Below, piece after piece: positions 1 through 9,210 of a stretch of 64,000 nt of DNA (position 1 is the stretch's first letter; the number at the start of each line of letters is the position of its first letter). The DNA lies in NCBI GenBank assembly GCA_025451535.1, contig JANWKE010000155.1, forward strand, positions 1,276-65,275. Direction: 5' to 3'. The notes below the pieces were generated by a model. That model saw only the letters and a list, made by a program, of their open reading frames with translations. It had not been told where the DNA came from and made no database searches. The stretch comes from Verrucomicrobiia bacterium. Lineage in GTDB: Bacteria; Verrucomicrobiota; Verrucomicrobiia; Limisphaerales; UBA11358. A program made the position numbers and the translations under genes.

Positions 1-832
1 CCCGGGCAAATTGCTCGAAGGAAACCGCCGGTCGGCCAAGCAATCGGGGAACGGTGTCCGTGACGGCTGCCGCCGCGCCAGTGGCGAAATAGCCCAGGAG
101 CTCACCCACCGTCCGGATACTCCATTCCGGCATGCCCGCCTGGCGCATGCCGTCTTCCGCGGCCGCCAGCGGCACATCTACATAATCAACCTTCCGTCCC
201 AGCACGGAGGACAGTCTTTCGGCAACCTGCTGGCTGGTTAGCGACTCCGGTCCGGTGATGACATAGGTTTTCCCTTCATGACCGGGACTGGTAAACACCC
301 GGGCGGCGACAGCGTTGATGTCGCGGATGTCTACGGTAGCCATGGCGGCGTTCTTCAGCGGCAGATAAAACTTGTTTTGTGTTTTGATGGTGGCGGCGGA
401 CGACAGAATGTTTTGATGGAACGAATTCGGCTGCAGGATCGTAAACGGCACGCCGGATCGCCGCAAAAACTCGTCAGTTTCGTGGTGCAACCGCAACAAT
501 CCGGCACCGGCATCAGGCCCGGAGCCCATGCCGGAAAATTTGACCAGGTGCTTCACCTTCGCGCGTTGCGCCGCTTTGATGAATGCCTTTTGCCAGGCCA
601 CAAAAAATTCCGCGACCGGCGTCAGCAGAAATGCTTTCTCGATGCCTTTGAGCGCCGTGTCCAGCGACGCCGGCTGGTCAAAGTCGCCGGCGACCAACTC
701 GACATTCGGACCCTTGAGGTTCGCCCCCTTGACGGGATCGCGTACCAGGGCGCGGACTCGTTGTCCCATCGCCGCCAGTTGCCGTACCAGTTCCTGTCCG
801 TTGTTGCCCGTGGCTCCGGTTATCAAAATCAT
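1..832 (-). CDS. NmrA/SDR-family NAD(P)-binding oxidoreductase (3' end runs off window)
   Basis: Manual translation from ATG at 832: MILITGATGNNGQELVRQLAAMGQRVRALVRDP, a Rossmann GxxGxxG; divergent from an HxlR regulator. Confidence 0.85.
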   Translation of the reverse strand, partial: MILITGATGNNGQELVRQLAAMGQRVRALVRDPVKGANLKGPNVELVAGDFDQPASLDTALKGIEKAFLLTPVAEFFVAWQKAFIKAAQRAKVKHLVKFSGMGSGPDAGAGLLRLHHETDEFLRRSGVPFTILQPNSFHQNILSSAATIKTQNKFYLPLKNAAMATVDIRDINAVAARVFTSPGHEGKTYVITGPESLTSQQVAERLSSVLGRKVDYVDVPLAAAEDGMRQAGMPEWSIRTVGELLGYFATGAAAAVTDTVPRLLGRPAVSFEQFAR

Positions 833-1013
833 AGGTTTTCTCCGAGTTTGAATGTCTATTCCGCATCACGTACGAGCCGTTTTAGCCCGGAATGTTCCCG
901 TTTCCCGGGTCTCCCCGGGTACGCTTACGTCTTGCCTTGCCTCTCGAATTTATCGCATACAGTGATTTCAACAAGTAGGCACTATCATGTGCCGTAGATA
1001 CCTTTTGGATACC

Positions 1014-1337
1014 ATGAGACTCGAAGAATGTCCCGTTCGCGACACCTTGGATGTCATCGGCGGAAAATGGAAACCGGTCATCACCTGGTGCCTGTTGGGA
1101 GGCACCAAACGCTTCGGCGAACTGCGCAAGAGCGTGCCGGATGCCACGCAAAAGATGCTCACGCAACAATTGCGTGAACTCGAACGCGATGGAATCGTTT
1201 CGCGCAAAGTCTTTCACCAGGTCCCGCTCCGGGTCGAATACTCGCTCACCCCCTACGGCCAGACCTTGCGGCCCGTGATGGCGGAATTGTGTCGCTGGGG
1301 AAAGAAACACCGGGCCCGGACAAGTGCCAAAACGTGA
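1014..1337 (+). CDS. HxlR-family winged-helix transcriptional regulator
   Basis: CPV..TLDVIGGKWK...RFGEL...TQKMLTQQLRELERDG...VEYSLT signature; ATG 1014 preferred over 987. Confidence 0.9.
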   Translation: MRLEECPVRDTLDVIGGKWKPVITWCLLGGTKRFGELRKSVPDATQKMLTQQLRELERDGIVSRKVFHQVPLRVEYSLTPYGQTLRPVMAELCRWGKKHRARTSAKT

Positions 1338-1457
1338 CCAGCGCGACCGGGTTACCCGTTCGCGGATGGCGCTGCGCCCTCAATGTCCTCGGAGGCTCCT
1401 CTGGCCCATCAACTGTTCACTTTTGTTTCAACGGGACTGGATGTAGACTGGGTCAGG

Positions 1458-1616
1458 ATGAATTCAGACTCGTCCAGTTTTGTGTCTGAAATTTGGCGGG
1501 ATAAACCCATCGTCATCGCGCTGGCGATCGGTGGGATGATCCTTTTCATTCTGGTGATCATCGACACGTATCGCCATCGTAAGCAGCGGAAAGACCGGCA
1601 CAAACGGCTTCATTGA
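1458..1616 (+). CDS. small single-pass membrane protein
   Basis: One hydrophobic helix (PIVIALAIGGMILFILVII) followed by a basic tail; start uncertain. Confidence 0.55.
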   Translation: MNSDSSSFVSEIWRDKPIVIALAIGGMILFILVIIDTYRHRKQRKDRHKRLH

Positions 1617-1726
1617 GAAATTCTTCCAACGTGATGGCGGGTTCCTTCCTTTCCGTAAATACGGTGTTCCTGGGCTGATTTGAGCAACGCCGTGCCCGGG
1701 TTTTTGCCCGCGTCGGGAAATCGGCC

Positions 1727-3673
1727 CTAGTAATGTTGAAACATGCTGGCCAGCAGCAACAATTCGGGATGTGCCGCTGACAACCTGGGCAGCACCACCC
1801 GGATGCGGGAGCGATAGGCCGCGAGCTTTTCCCGCAACGGACGCAGGTCCTCCACCTTGTCCCAGTGCAATTTGTTCAGGTCCAGCACCAGCCGGCTCCG
1901 GCTGCGTGCCAGCGAATCACGTATGCGCTGGCCCAATCCTTCCGCGTCCCTCGCGGAAAGCGCGCCTTCCAGTCGCATCCAGACCTGCTGCTTCGCGTGT
2001 TGCAACTCGACCTGCACGGAGAAGTCCGGCCGGGGATGTTTTTTCTGGAATTCCTCCCACAGTTCAAAGGCGCTCCAGCGTTTGCCGGGCAGGCGATACG
2101 CCGTCCGCTGTAATCGGGGATGCTGGAACAGGTCGAGCTTCAACGTCAGCCCCGTCCACAGCGCCGCACCCACGGCCAGGACCGACTTCCATCGTTGCAC
2201 AAAGGCTGGCCGGCCCAGTTCGACGTGGATGCGCGACTCCAAATCGCCGATCCATTTCCGGATTTTGGCGTTGGGGCCGAGCCATTTGCCGGGCAGAAAA
2301 ACCGGATAGGCATAGCGCAAATCCCTGGCGTAGTGTTCGGCCTTCTGCCGCAGGACCGGGTTCGCCGAATCCTTGAGCTTGAGGTAGCCGAGGAAGCGGG
2401 ATTCCAGCACGCGGTAAATGCTCGGGCCCAGCCGCTGAAAATCCTGCTCGAAACACCAGCGCTGCAGGTCCTCGATTTGCGCCGGCGACAGCGTCGGATG
2501 TTTCATCATCGTGCGAAACCCGTCCGCGCGCCGATAAAACAAATCCTTGTCGCTGGTGTAAACATCTTGCAGCAGGTTTTCCTTGATGACTCTCTCGTGG
2601 AACGGCGTGCCGGGCACGGGACCGTAAATGAGATACTGGCCAAGCGCGGGTTTGAGCTGCATCAACCCGTCCAACTCTTGCGCAACAATTTCGGGGGTCT
2701 GATAATCGAACCCGACAATCATTGAGGTCAGCACCGTGATGCCGTGCTCGCGGAATTCGGTGAGAATGTCAGCGACCGGCCGGCCTTGTTGCTTGGCGTA
2801 ATTCGACCGCGTGCCTTCGTAGCCAATCCAGAAGCCGTCAATGCCCATTTCCAGAATTTCCTCGACCTTGTATTGGCTGATGGCCTTGATGCTCGAGAAG
2901 GCGAAGATCGAAGGCCGTTTGTCGCCCTGCACAACACACTCGCGGAACTCCATCGCGCGCTTTTTGTTGAGCAGAAAATCCTCGTCGAGAATCAGGAAGA
3001 CCAGGCTCGGGTCGAGGTCGAAGTATCTTTCCACCACGTTGTAAATGTCCTGTCCGGTCGGCAGCAGCTTGATGTGCTTGCGCGAGAAGAAATGCGACGT
3101 GCAACAGAAGTCACAACCGTTCGGGCAGCCGAGGCCGGCGAAGATTTTTCCCGTGCCGGAAACTTTCCAGCCGAACACCTTGAGCCAGCTGACGATGAGC
3201 GGATGTTTGTAGGGCATGGGGATTTCCGGTTCGCCCAGCAGCCGGCGGAAGTACGCCACGCCTTCCTCGCGGCAGATGTGGTCCGCATACGGCTTGAGCA
3301 CGTCGTCCTTCAACACCGTGCCGTAACCGCCGAGGACGATCTTGCTGTCCGGCGCGTATTTCCGGATCAGGGCAACCGTCTCCTTCATCTTGTGCATCAC
3401 CGCCATGATGAAGGAAACGCCCACGTAGTCGTAGCCCTTCTTGAGTTCCTTGATCAACTCGCGCCGGGACGGGTATTGCAGCACCACCGTCGGCGCGTCG
3501 AGATTTTCGGCGATGTAATCCAGCCCGAAATGCACGTTCACCGTGCGCGGACTGAAGATGCCCTGCGCCCGCGTCACCTGCCGGTAAAGGAGTTCATAAC
3601 CGACCGACGGCGCATCGCCGTATTGCGGCCCCATCGGACGGCAGACACTGGTCAAAAGAATTTTTTTACTCAT
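1727..3673 (-). CDS. cobalamin-binding radical SAM protein with C-terminal STAS-like domain
   Basis: B12-binding-like N-terminus (VGVSF...IVLGG), CPNGCDFC CxxxCxxC motif, P.PGTP motif, C-terminal RLEGALS...LVLDL. Confidence 0.85.
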   Translation of the reverse strand: MSKKILLTSVCRPMGPQYGDAPSVGYELLYRQVTRAQGIFSPRTVNVHFGLDYIAENLDAPTVVLQYPSRRELIKELKKGYDYVGVSFIMAVMHKMKETVALIRKYAPDSKIVLGGYGTVLKDDVLKPYADHICREEGVAYFRRLLGEPEIPMPYKHPLIVSWLKVFGWKVSGTGKIFAGLGCPNGCDFCCTSHFFSRKHIKLLPTGQDIYNVVERYFDLDPSLVFLILDEDFLLNKKRAMEFRECVVQGDKRPSIFAFSSIKAISQYKVEEILEMGIDGFWIGYEGTRSNYAKQQGRPVADILTEFREHGITVLTSMIVGFDYQTPEIVAQELDGLMQLKPALGQYLIYGPVPGTPFHERVIKENLLQDVYTSDKDLFYRRADGFRTMMKHPTLSPAQIEDLQRWCFEQDFQRLGPSIYRVLESRFLGYLKLKDSANPVLRQKAEHYARDLRYAYPVFLPGKWLGPNAKIRKWIGDLESRIHVELGRPAFVQRWKSVLAVGAALWTGLTLKLDLFQHPRLQRTAYRLPGKRWSAFELWEEFQKKHPRPDFSVQVELQHAKQQVWMRLEGALSARDAEGLGQRIRDSLARSRSRLVLDLNKLHWDKVEDLRPLREKLAAYRSRIRVVLPRLSAAHPELLLLASMFQHY

Positions 3674-3679
3674 GGACTT

Positions 3680-3808
3680 CTACAATGGCTTTCCAACAAG
3701 ATGGAATCGCGGCTTCGACGGCTCGAAAACAGGCGAGGTAAAGACGGTCTCAACTTGGTCGCCACCAGCAAACCCCTGTTGCACGGCGAAGTCAAAGAAT
3801 TGTTCCAT
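3680..3808 (-). CDS. 42-aa ORF immediately upstream of the radical SAM gene
   Basis: MEQFFDFAVQQGFAGGDQVETVFTSPVFEPSKPRFHLVGKPL; SD-like GGTGAGGA before the ATG; stop 6 nt before the rSAM start. Confidence 0.45.
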   Translation of the reverse strand: MEQFFDFAVQQGFAGGDQVETVFTSPVFEPSKPRFHLVGKPL

Positions 3809-3962
3809 CAATTCCTCACCGTTCCTTGCTGTGCGGGCGACAATTTTTGTCGTGGTTGACCCGGGAGGGTCCCGCGTGGCGGGCCAATCCCGGGCTGAAG
3901 GATGGACTTGAGCCGTTTGGGAAGGGGGTTGAAATTTTACCAATCCTGTTCAACATTGCCGC

Positions 3963-4334
3963 ATGAAAATCGCCGAAATTATCGCTCGTGTTCTGCTCGG
4001 ACTCGTGTTCGTCGTCTTTGGCTCGAACGCCTTTCTGCATTTCATCCACGCGCCGCCGATGTCCGGACCTGCCGGCGACTTCATCAACGCGATGATGGAC
4101 ACGGGCTATGTGAAAGTTGTTGGATTCTGCCAGGTCGCCGGCGGATTGATTCTCCTGATTGGCCGTTACATTCCGCTGGGCCTGACATTGCTCGGCCCGG
4201 TGATCGTGAACATCCTCTGCTTCCACATCTTCCTGAATCATCAAGGCTGGCAGGTTGCGTCGGTCGTCGGCGCCCTCGCCCTGTTCCTGCTCTGGCGTCA
4301 TCGCGCCAATTTTGCCGGCCTCTTGAAGCCTTGA
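3963..4334 (+). CDS. DoxX-family membrane protein
   Basis: ARVLLGLVFVVFG.N.F, L.LL.PV.VNI..FH; four hydrophobic segments. Confidence 0.8.
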   Translation: MKIAEIIARVLLGLVFVVFGSNAFLHFIHAPPMSGPAGDFINAMMDTGYVKVVGFCQVAGGLILLIGRYIPLGLTLLGPVIVNILCFHIFLNHQGWQVASVVGALALFLLWRHRANFAGLLKP

Positions 4335-4343
4335 GGAACCGGG

Positions 4344-6269
4344 TTAACCGGGCCGTTCCACTGCGGCCTTGATCGCCTCCAGCTCCTCCCAGCGCGCATA
4401 GAGTTTTGCGAGGTTCTCCTTCGCGGCGGCGAGATCGGCGTTGAGCCGGCTGGTTTGCGTGGCGTGCGTGCGATGAAAATCCGGCGAAATGAACAGGCCT
4501 TCGATGCGGGCGATTTCCGCGTCCACGGCGTGGATTTGTGCCTCCATGCCTTCCAGTTCGCGTGCTTCCTTGAAGGACAATTTGCGGGGCCTGGCCGGTT
4601 GCACTGTCTTCGTCGCCCTCGTAGCCGCATCTCGTGAGAGTGCGGAAGACTTGTTCAAGGCAACTATGGCCGCGCTCTGCCGAGACGCAGCTACGGTCGC
4701 GCGCTGCTTCTTTTCCAGATAATAATCGTAATCACCGACACTGTGGTGGATTTTGCCGTCGCCTTCGAATGCCAGCACGTCGGTGCAGACGCGGTTCAGG
4801 AAATAGCGGTCGTGGCTCACCACCAGCACGGTGCCGGGGAACGCAATCAGCGCCTCCTCCAGCACGCGCAACGTCGGCAGGTCCAGATCGTTCGTCGGTT
4901 CGTCGAGGATGAGAAAGTTGCCGCCGTTCTTCAGGATGCGCGCGAGCACCCGCCGGCTGCGTTCGCCGCCGCTCAAATATTTCACCTGCGTTGTGATGCG
5001 ATCGTCGGCGAACAGAAAACGTTTCAGGTAGGCGCGCAACGATAGTTTGCCGTCGCCGAAGATGACAAATTCCGTGCCGTCACTGACCTCCTCCAACGCC
5101 GTGCGTTCCTCGCGCAGTTGGATCCGGCCCTGGTCCACGTAGTTGAACTTCGTAAGCTGCCCGGTCTTCACCGTGCCCTCGGTGGGCGCCAATTGGCCGA
5201 TGATGATTTTGAGCAACGTGGTTTTGCCGAGGCCGTTCCGCCCGGCGACGCCGATGCGCTGGCCGTTCTCAAACGTGAAGTTGAATCCGCGGAACAGTGT
5301 GCGCCCGCCGAGGTCCATGCCGAGGTTGCTCAACTCGACCACGCGATTGCCCAGTTGCGGCGGCGGCGGAATGCAAAGCTCCACGTCTTCCTCAATCACC
5401 GGCCCGTCCTGCGCGGCGGTTTCGTAGTAACGCTCGAACCGGTTCTTCTGTTTGCTGCGTTGTGCCCGCGGACCCTGCCGCACCCAGGCCAGTTCCTTTT
5501 TCAGAAACATCTGGCGCTTGTGCTCGAGGGTGGCGTCGGCGGCCTGGCGCTCGGCCTTGTCCAGAAGGTAATCCGTGTAATTGCCGGCGTGGGAGAAAAA
5601 CCGGCCGTCGGACAACTCGACCATGCGCTTCGCCACGCGATCGAGAAAATAGCGGTCATGCGTGACCACCAGGAACGAACCGTGGAACTCGTCGAGAAAT
5701 TCCGCGACCCATTCGATGGATTCCGGATCCAGATGGTTCGTCGGTTCGTCGAGGATCAGCAGGTCGGGGTCCGAGACCAGGGCGCGGCACATCGCTACGC
5801 GCCGTTTCTCGCCACCGGACAGGGTGTCGATGCGCCGGTCGGCGGCGGGACAGTTCAGATGCGACATCGCGGTCTCGATGCGCCGGTCCAGCGTCCAGCC
5901 TTCCAGCGCGGCTATGCGATGCTCCAGTTCCTCGTGCCGTTTCGCGTCATGCGGCAGCGATTCGAACTCGGCAATCAAATCGAGTACCGGCTTCGCGCCG
6001 TCGCGGATGTTTTCAAGCACGTTCTTCGCCGTATCGAGCATGAAATCCTGCGGCAGGTAGCTCACCACCAGGTCGCGACGCCGGGTAACGTCGCCGCTGT
6101 CGGGCGATTGCAGCCCGGCGAGGATGCGAAGGAACGTCGTTTTGCCGCAGCCGTTGCGCCCGACCAGACCGATGCGGTCACCCTCATCAATGGCCAGCGT
6201 CGCTTGGTCGAGCACCGTGCGATCACCATAGCGGACGGTGATCTCAGTGGCGGTCAGGATGGTGGACAT
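4344..6269 (-). CDS. ABC-F family ATP-binding protein (Uup-like)
   Basis: Two ABC domains (GRNGCGKT, GRNGLGKT, LSGGE, LDEPTN), no TM segments, C-terminal KLSFKE coiled coil. Confidence 0.92.
   Translation of the reverse strand: MSTILTATEITVRYGDRTVLDQATLAIDEGDRIGLVGRNGCGKTTFLRILAGLQSPDSGDVTRRRDLVVSYLPQDFMLDTAKNVLENIRDGAKPVLDLIAEFESLPHDAKRHEELEHRIAALEGWTLDRRIETAMSHLNCPAADRRIDTLSGGEKRRVAMCRALVSDPDLLILDEPTNHLDPESIEWVAEFLDEFHGSFLVVTHDRYFLDRVAKRMVELSDGRFFSHAGNYTDYLLDKAERQAADATLEHKRQMFLKKELAWVRQGPRAQRSKQKNRFERYYETAAQDGPVIEEDVELCIPPPPQLGNRVVELSNLGMDLGGRTLFRGFNFTFENGQRIGVAGRNGLGKTTLLKIIIGQLAPTEGTVKTGQLTKFNYVDQGRIQLREERTALEEVSDGTEFVIFGDGKLSLRAYLKRFLFADDRITTQVKYLSGGERSRRVLARILKNGGNFLILDEPTNDLDLPTLRVLEEALIAFPGTVLVVSHDRYFLNRVCTDVLAFEGDGKIHHSVGDYDYYLEKKQRATVAASRQSAAIVALNKSSALSRDAATRATKTVQPARPRKLSFKEARELEGMEAQIHAVDAEIARIEGLFISPDFHRTHATQTSRLNADLAAAKENLAKLYARWEELEAIKAAVERPG
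4621..4694. repeat. GTAG-type REP doublet inserted in frame in the ABC-F gene
   Basis: GTAGCCGCATCTCGTGAGAGTGCGG...CCGCGCTCTGCCGAGACGCAGCTAC; encodes VAASRQSAA...SALSRDAAT. Confidence 0.75.
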
Positions 6270-6273
6270 GTTT

Positions 6274-6443
6274 TAACCACGGATGGACACGGATTCACTG
6301 GTAGGGCGGGCAGTCCTCTGCCCGCCGCCGATCGTGGTGTGACGTTCGCATGCCAACAATCGCCCAACGGCGCGCACGGAGTGACGCGCCCTACTTGTGG
6401 ACAATGTATTTTCATCCGCGTGCATCTGTGTCCATCCGTGGTT
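6274..6443. repeat. Composite intergenic repeat: CACGGAT-periodic inverted arms enclosing a GTAG REP doublet (6301-6394)
   Basis: accacggatggacacggat ... atccgcgtgcatctgtgtccatccgtggtt arms; inner GTAGGGCGGGCAGTCCTCTGCCCGCC ... GGAGTGACGCGCCCTAC. Confidence 0.75.
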
Positions 6444-8119
6444 TATTCCTTTGCTGTTTGCATGGGCAGCGCGGACAACGGCACCCGCTCGTTGGTTTTG
6501 GTGAAATAATCCGCCGACCATTCGTTGGGGAACAGCACCACGGGGTTTTTGCCCAAGTCATACGCAACCCGGGAGCCAGTCGGCAGCGACAGGGCGTCGA
6601 GGTCGTCTTCCTTCAGGTCCACCGGCAGCCAGCGGACGACCGTCCAGGGCGCGGCTTCGAGGCGCGACGCTGCGCCGTATTCGTTTTCGAGCCGGAATTG
6701 CACGACCTCGAACTGCAACGGGCCGACCGCGGCGAGCAAGGGTGTTTTCACGGACGAATTGCGCAGGTACAACGCCTGGATGACGCCTTCCTGCATCAAC
6801 TGTTCCAGCCCCTGGCGGAATTGCTTGAACTTCGCCGTGTTCGGATTGTGCAGATAACTGAAGGCTTCGGGCGTGAAGCGCGGGATTTCCTTGTAAACAA
6901 TTTTGGGATCGGTCGTCAGCGTATCCCCGATGCCAAAGCTGTTGTGGCCGACCAGGCCGATGACATCGCCGGGATACGCCTCATCCACCGTCTCACGTTC
7001 GTTGCCGAACAGTTTGTGCGAACTGGAAAGGCGCACCTTCTTTTCCGACCGCGAATGATGCACCGTCATGTCGCGTTCGAATTTGCCGGAACAAACCCGG
7101 ACGAACGCGATGCGGTCGCGATGCTTCGGGTCCATGTTCGCCTGGATTTTGAAGATGAATCCGGAGAACGCCGGATGTTCCGGGGTTATAAATGTAGGAC
7201 AGGCATCTTGCCTGTCTCCATTCTCTGGATTCTTTTCAGTTGGAGACAGGCGCGACGCCTGTCCTACGGGTGAGGCGGAATGCCGTCCTTTTGGTCCGGG
7301 CGCATGCTTGAGGAAACCATCCAGCAGCAGTTGCACGCCAAAGTTGTTGCTGGCGCTGCCGAAAAACACCGGCGTGGTCTTGTCCGCGAGCACCGCGGCG
7401 TCATCCCAGTCGTGCCCGGCCTGTTCGAGCATTTCGAGCTCTTCGACGGTCCGGCGAAAGGTCTCGCCGTCGAGCCGGCCGCGAACCGCAGGGTCGTCCA
7501 GTCCACCAATCTGCACCGGCGCGCGATATTGGCCGCCGGTCGTGCGTTCGAACAAATGCATCAACTTCGTCTGCCGGTCAAAGACACCCTGGAACTCGAA
7601 ACCGTTGCCGATGGGCCAGTTCACCGGAAACGCCCCGATGCCGAGCACGCGCTCCAGCTCATCGAGCAAGGCGAGCGGGTCCTTCGTGGGCCGGTCGCAC
7701 TTGTTCATAAACGTGAAGATGGGCACGCCGCGCTGGCGGCAGACCTCGAACAGCTTGCGCGTCTGCGGCTCGATGCCCTTGGCCGAATCAATCACCATCA
7801 CGACCGAATCCACCGCCGTCAGCACGCGGTAGGTGTCCTCGGAAAAATCCTTGTGCCCCGGTGTGTCGAGCAGATTGAGGCGGTAGCCGTGGTAGTCGAA
7901 TTGCAGCACCGTGGAGCTGATGGAAATGCCGCGCTTCTTTTCCAGCTCCATCCAGTCGGACGCGGTGGCGGACTGGTTCTTGCGCGCGGTGACCGAGCCG
8001 GCGAGCTGCACCGCGCCACCGTAAAGCAACAGCTTCTCCGTCAACGTGGTCTTGCCCGCGTCCGGATGCGAGATGATGGCGAACGTGCGCCGCTTCTGGA
8101 TTTCTTCCGTGATGTTCAC
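6443..8119 (-). CDS. prfC: peptide chain release factor 3
   Basis: RRTFAIISHPDAGKTTLTEKLLL, DWMELEKKRGISI, DTPGH, FKIQANMDPKHRDRIAF, AVGPLQFEV. Confidence 0.97.
   Translation of the reverse strand: MNITEEIQKRRTFAIISHPDAGKTTLTEKLLLYGGAVQLAGSVTARKNQSATASDWMELEKKRGISISSTVLQFDYHGYRLNLLDTPGHKDFSEDTYRVLTAVDSVVMVIDSAKGIEPQTRKLFEVCRQRGVPIFTFMNKCDRPTKDPLALLDELERVLGIGAFPVNWPIGNGFEFQGVFDRQTKLMHLFERTTGGQYRAPVQIGGLDDPAVRGRLDGETFRRTVEELEMLEQAGHDWDDAAVLADKTTPVFFGSASNNFGVQLLLDGFLKHAPGPKGRHSASPVGQASRLSPTEKNPENGDRQDACPTFITPEHPAFSGFIFKIQANMDPKHRDRIAFVRVCSGKFERDMTVHHSRSEKKVRLSSSHKLFGNERETVDEAYPGDVIGLVGHNSFGIGDTLTTDPKIVYKEIPRFTPEAFSYLHNPNTAKFKQFRQGLEQLMQEGVIQALYLRNSSVKTPLLAAVGPLQFEVVQFRLENEYGAASRLEAAPWTVVRWLPVDLKEDDLDALSLPTGSRVAYDLGKNPVVLFPNEWSADYFTKTNERVPLSALPMQTAKE
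7194..7267. repeat. GTAG-type REP doublet inserted in frame in prfC
   Basis: GTAGGACAGGCATCTTGCCTGTCTCCA ... TGGAGACAGGCGCGACGCCTGTCCTAC; encodes VGQASRLS...GDRQDACPT. Confidence 0.85.
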
Positions 8120-8336
8120 AAAGGTCGCGGATCATAACAAAAAATCGGGCCGGAACAAGTTTTGGATTTTACCCGGTTGAACCCTCCAACCCGTCACCGG
8201 CCGCAACTTATGGACGAATCCTCATTCTGAAACGGAGTCCATCATTTACAATGGCAACCCCGGCAGGCAGGATGTGAGCCCCTTCGGAGAAACTGACATG
8301 CCGCAGGTGAATCAACCGCGGAATAAAAGCAAAATT

Positions 8337-8462
8337 ATGGGCGACCGATCCCCCAAATCGAACCGGAAAAAATCAAACCAGAAACAGGCCCAAGCCAACA
8401 GCGCCGACCGGATAAAAAAACAGGCCACCGCCGACAAGCAAGCTGCCAACAAGAAAAGGTAA
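8337..8462 (+). CDS. small Lys/Gln-rich basic protein (41 aa)
   Basis: MGDRSPKSNRKKSNQKQAQ...KKR; A-rich sequence before the ATG; biased composition. Confidence 0.55.
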   Translation: MGDRSPKSNRKKSNQKQAQANSADRIKKQATADKQAANKKR

Positions 8463-8526
8463 CCAGTCGCCCATCGCTGTCTCTCCCGACAAAAGTCAGG
8501 AGGGACAGATGACTCCCCAAAATCAC

Positions 8527-8772
8527 ATGGCCGTGAAACTTTGCCAGGGTCAGGTCTGGAAAAAGGACGGACAATATGTCCGCATCGTGCGGCTGGAACG
8601 GCTCGAGGTGGAATACAAATTGCTGGACAGTCTTGCCAGCAAGACCGGCACGAAAACCGTCACCAGCAAAAAAGATTTCTGCCGCCTGCTCAAAGGCGCG
8701 CATCGGTTGTCGGCCCGCAAAAAAATCCCCGAGGGCAGGGTAATTTCGGAACTGAAACCGTCGGCCCGTTGA
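8527..8772 (+). CDS. small basic hypothetical protein
   Basis: MAVKLCQGQVWKKDGQYVRIVRLERLEVEYK, globular beta-rich pattern. Confidence 0.6.
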   Translation: MAVKLCQGQVWKKDGQYVRIVRLERLEVEYKLLDSLASKTGTKTVTSKKDFCRLLKGAHRLSARKKIPEGRVISELKPSAR

Positions 8773-8830
8773 AATTCTGATGCGCCGCGTCGCACGCGTG
8801 CGGGTGAAGGGGGAGCCGTTCGGAGGAACC

Positions 8831-8871
8831 AAAAAATAAAAAAGCGGAGCCCGGTTTTCACCGGACTCCGC
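8831..8871 (-). terminator. rho-independent terminator of RRM gene 1
   Basis: Minus strand GCGGAGTCCGG-tgaaaa-CCGGGCTCCGC followed by a long U tract. Confidence 0.8.
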
Positions 8872-8889
8872 CCTGAAATCCAAAATGGC

Positions 8890-9210
8890 TTAGTAGCGAT
8901 TACGATCGCCGTTGCCTCTCACACGGAATTCCCGACGACCGCCGCCGCCGCCGCCGCGTTCTTCACGCGGCTTGGCCACGTTGACCGTGAGGGCGCGGCC
9001 ACCGAGTTGCGAGCCGTTCAGGGCTTCGATGGCCTTCTGGGCTTCCTCGGCGGAGCTCATGGTAATGAAACCAAAACCGCGGGGCCGGCCGGTTTCCCGG
9101 TCCATCAACAGGTTGGTTTCCGTGACCGTGCCGTGCGCGGCAAACGCGTCCTGCAGGTCGTTTTCGGTGGTGTCAAAGGAAAGATTCCCGACAAATAATT
9201 TACTGCTCAT
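8890..9210 (-). CDS. RRM RNA-binding protein with Gly-rich tail (paralog 1)
   Basis: RNP2 LFVGNL, RNP1 [12 protein letters not shown] tail ending RNRY. Confidence 0.95.
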   Translation of the reverse strand: MSSKLFVGNLSFDTTENDLQDAFAAHGTVTETNLLMDRETGRPRGFGFITMSSAEEAQKAIEALNGSQLGGRALTVNVAKPREERGGGGGGRREFRVRGNGDRNRY

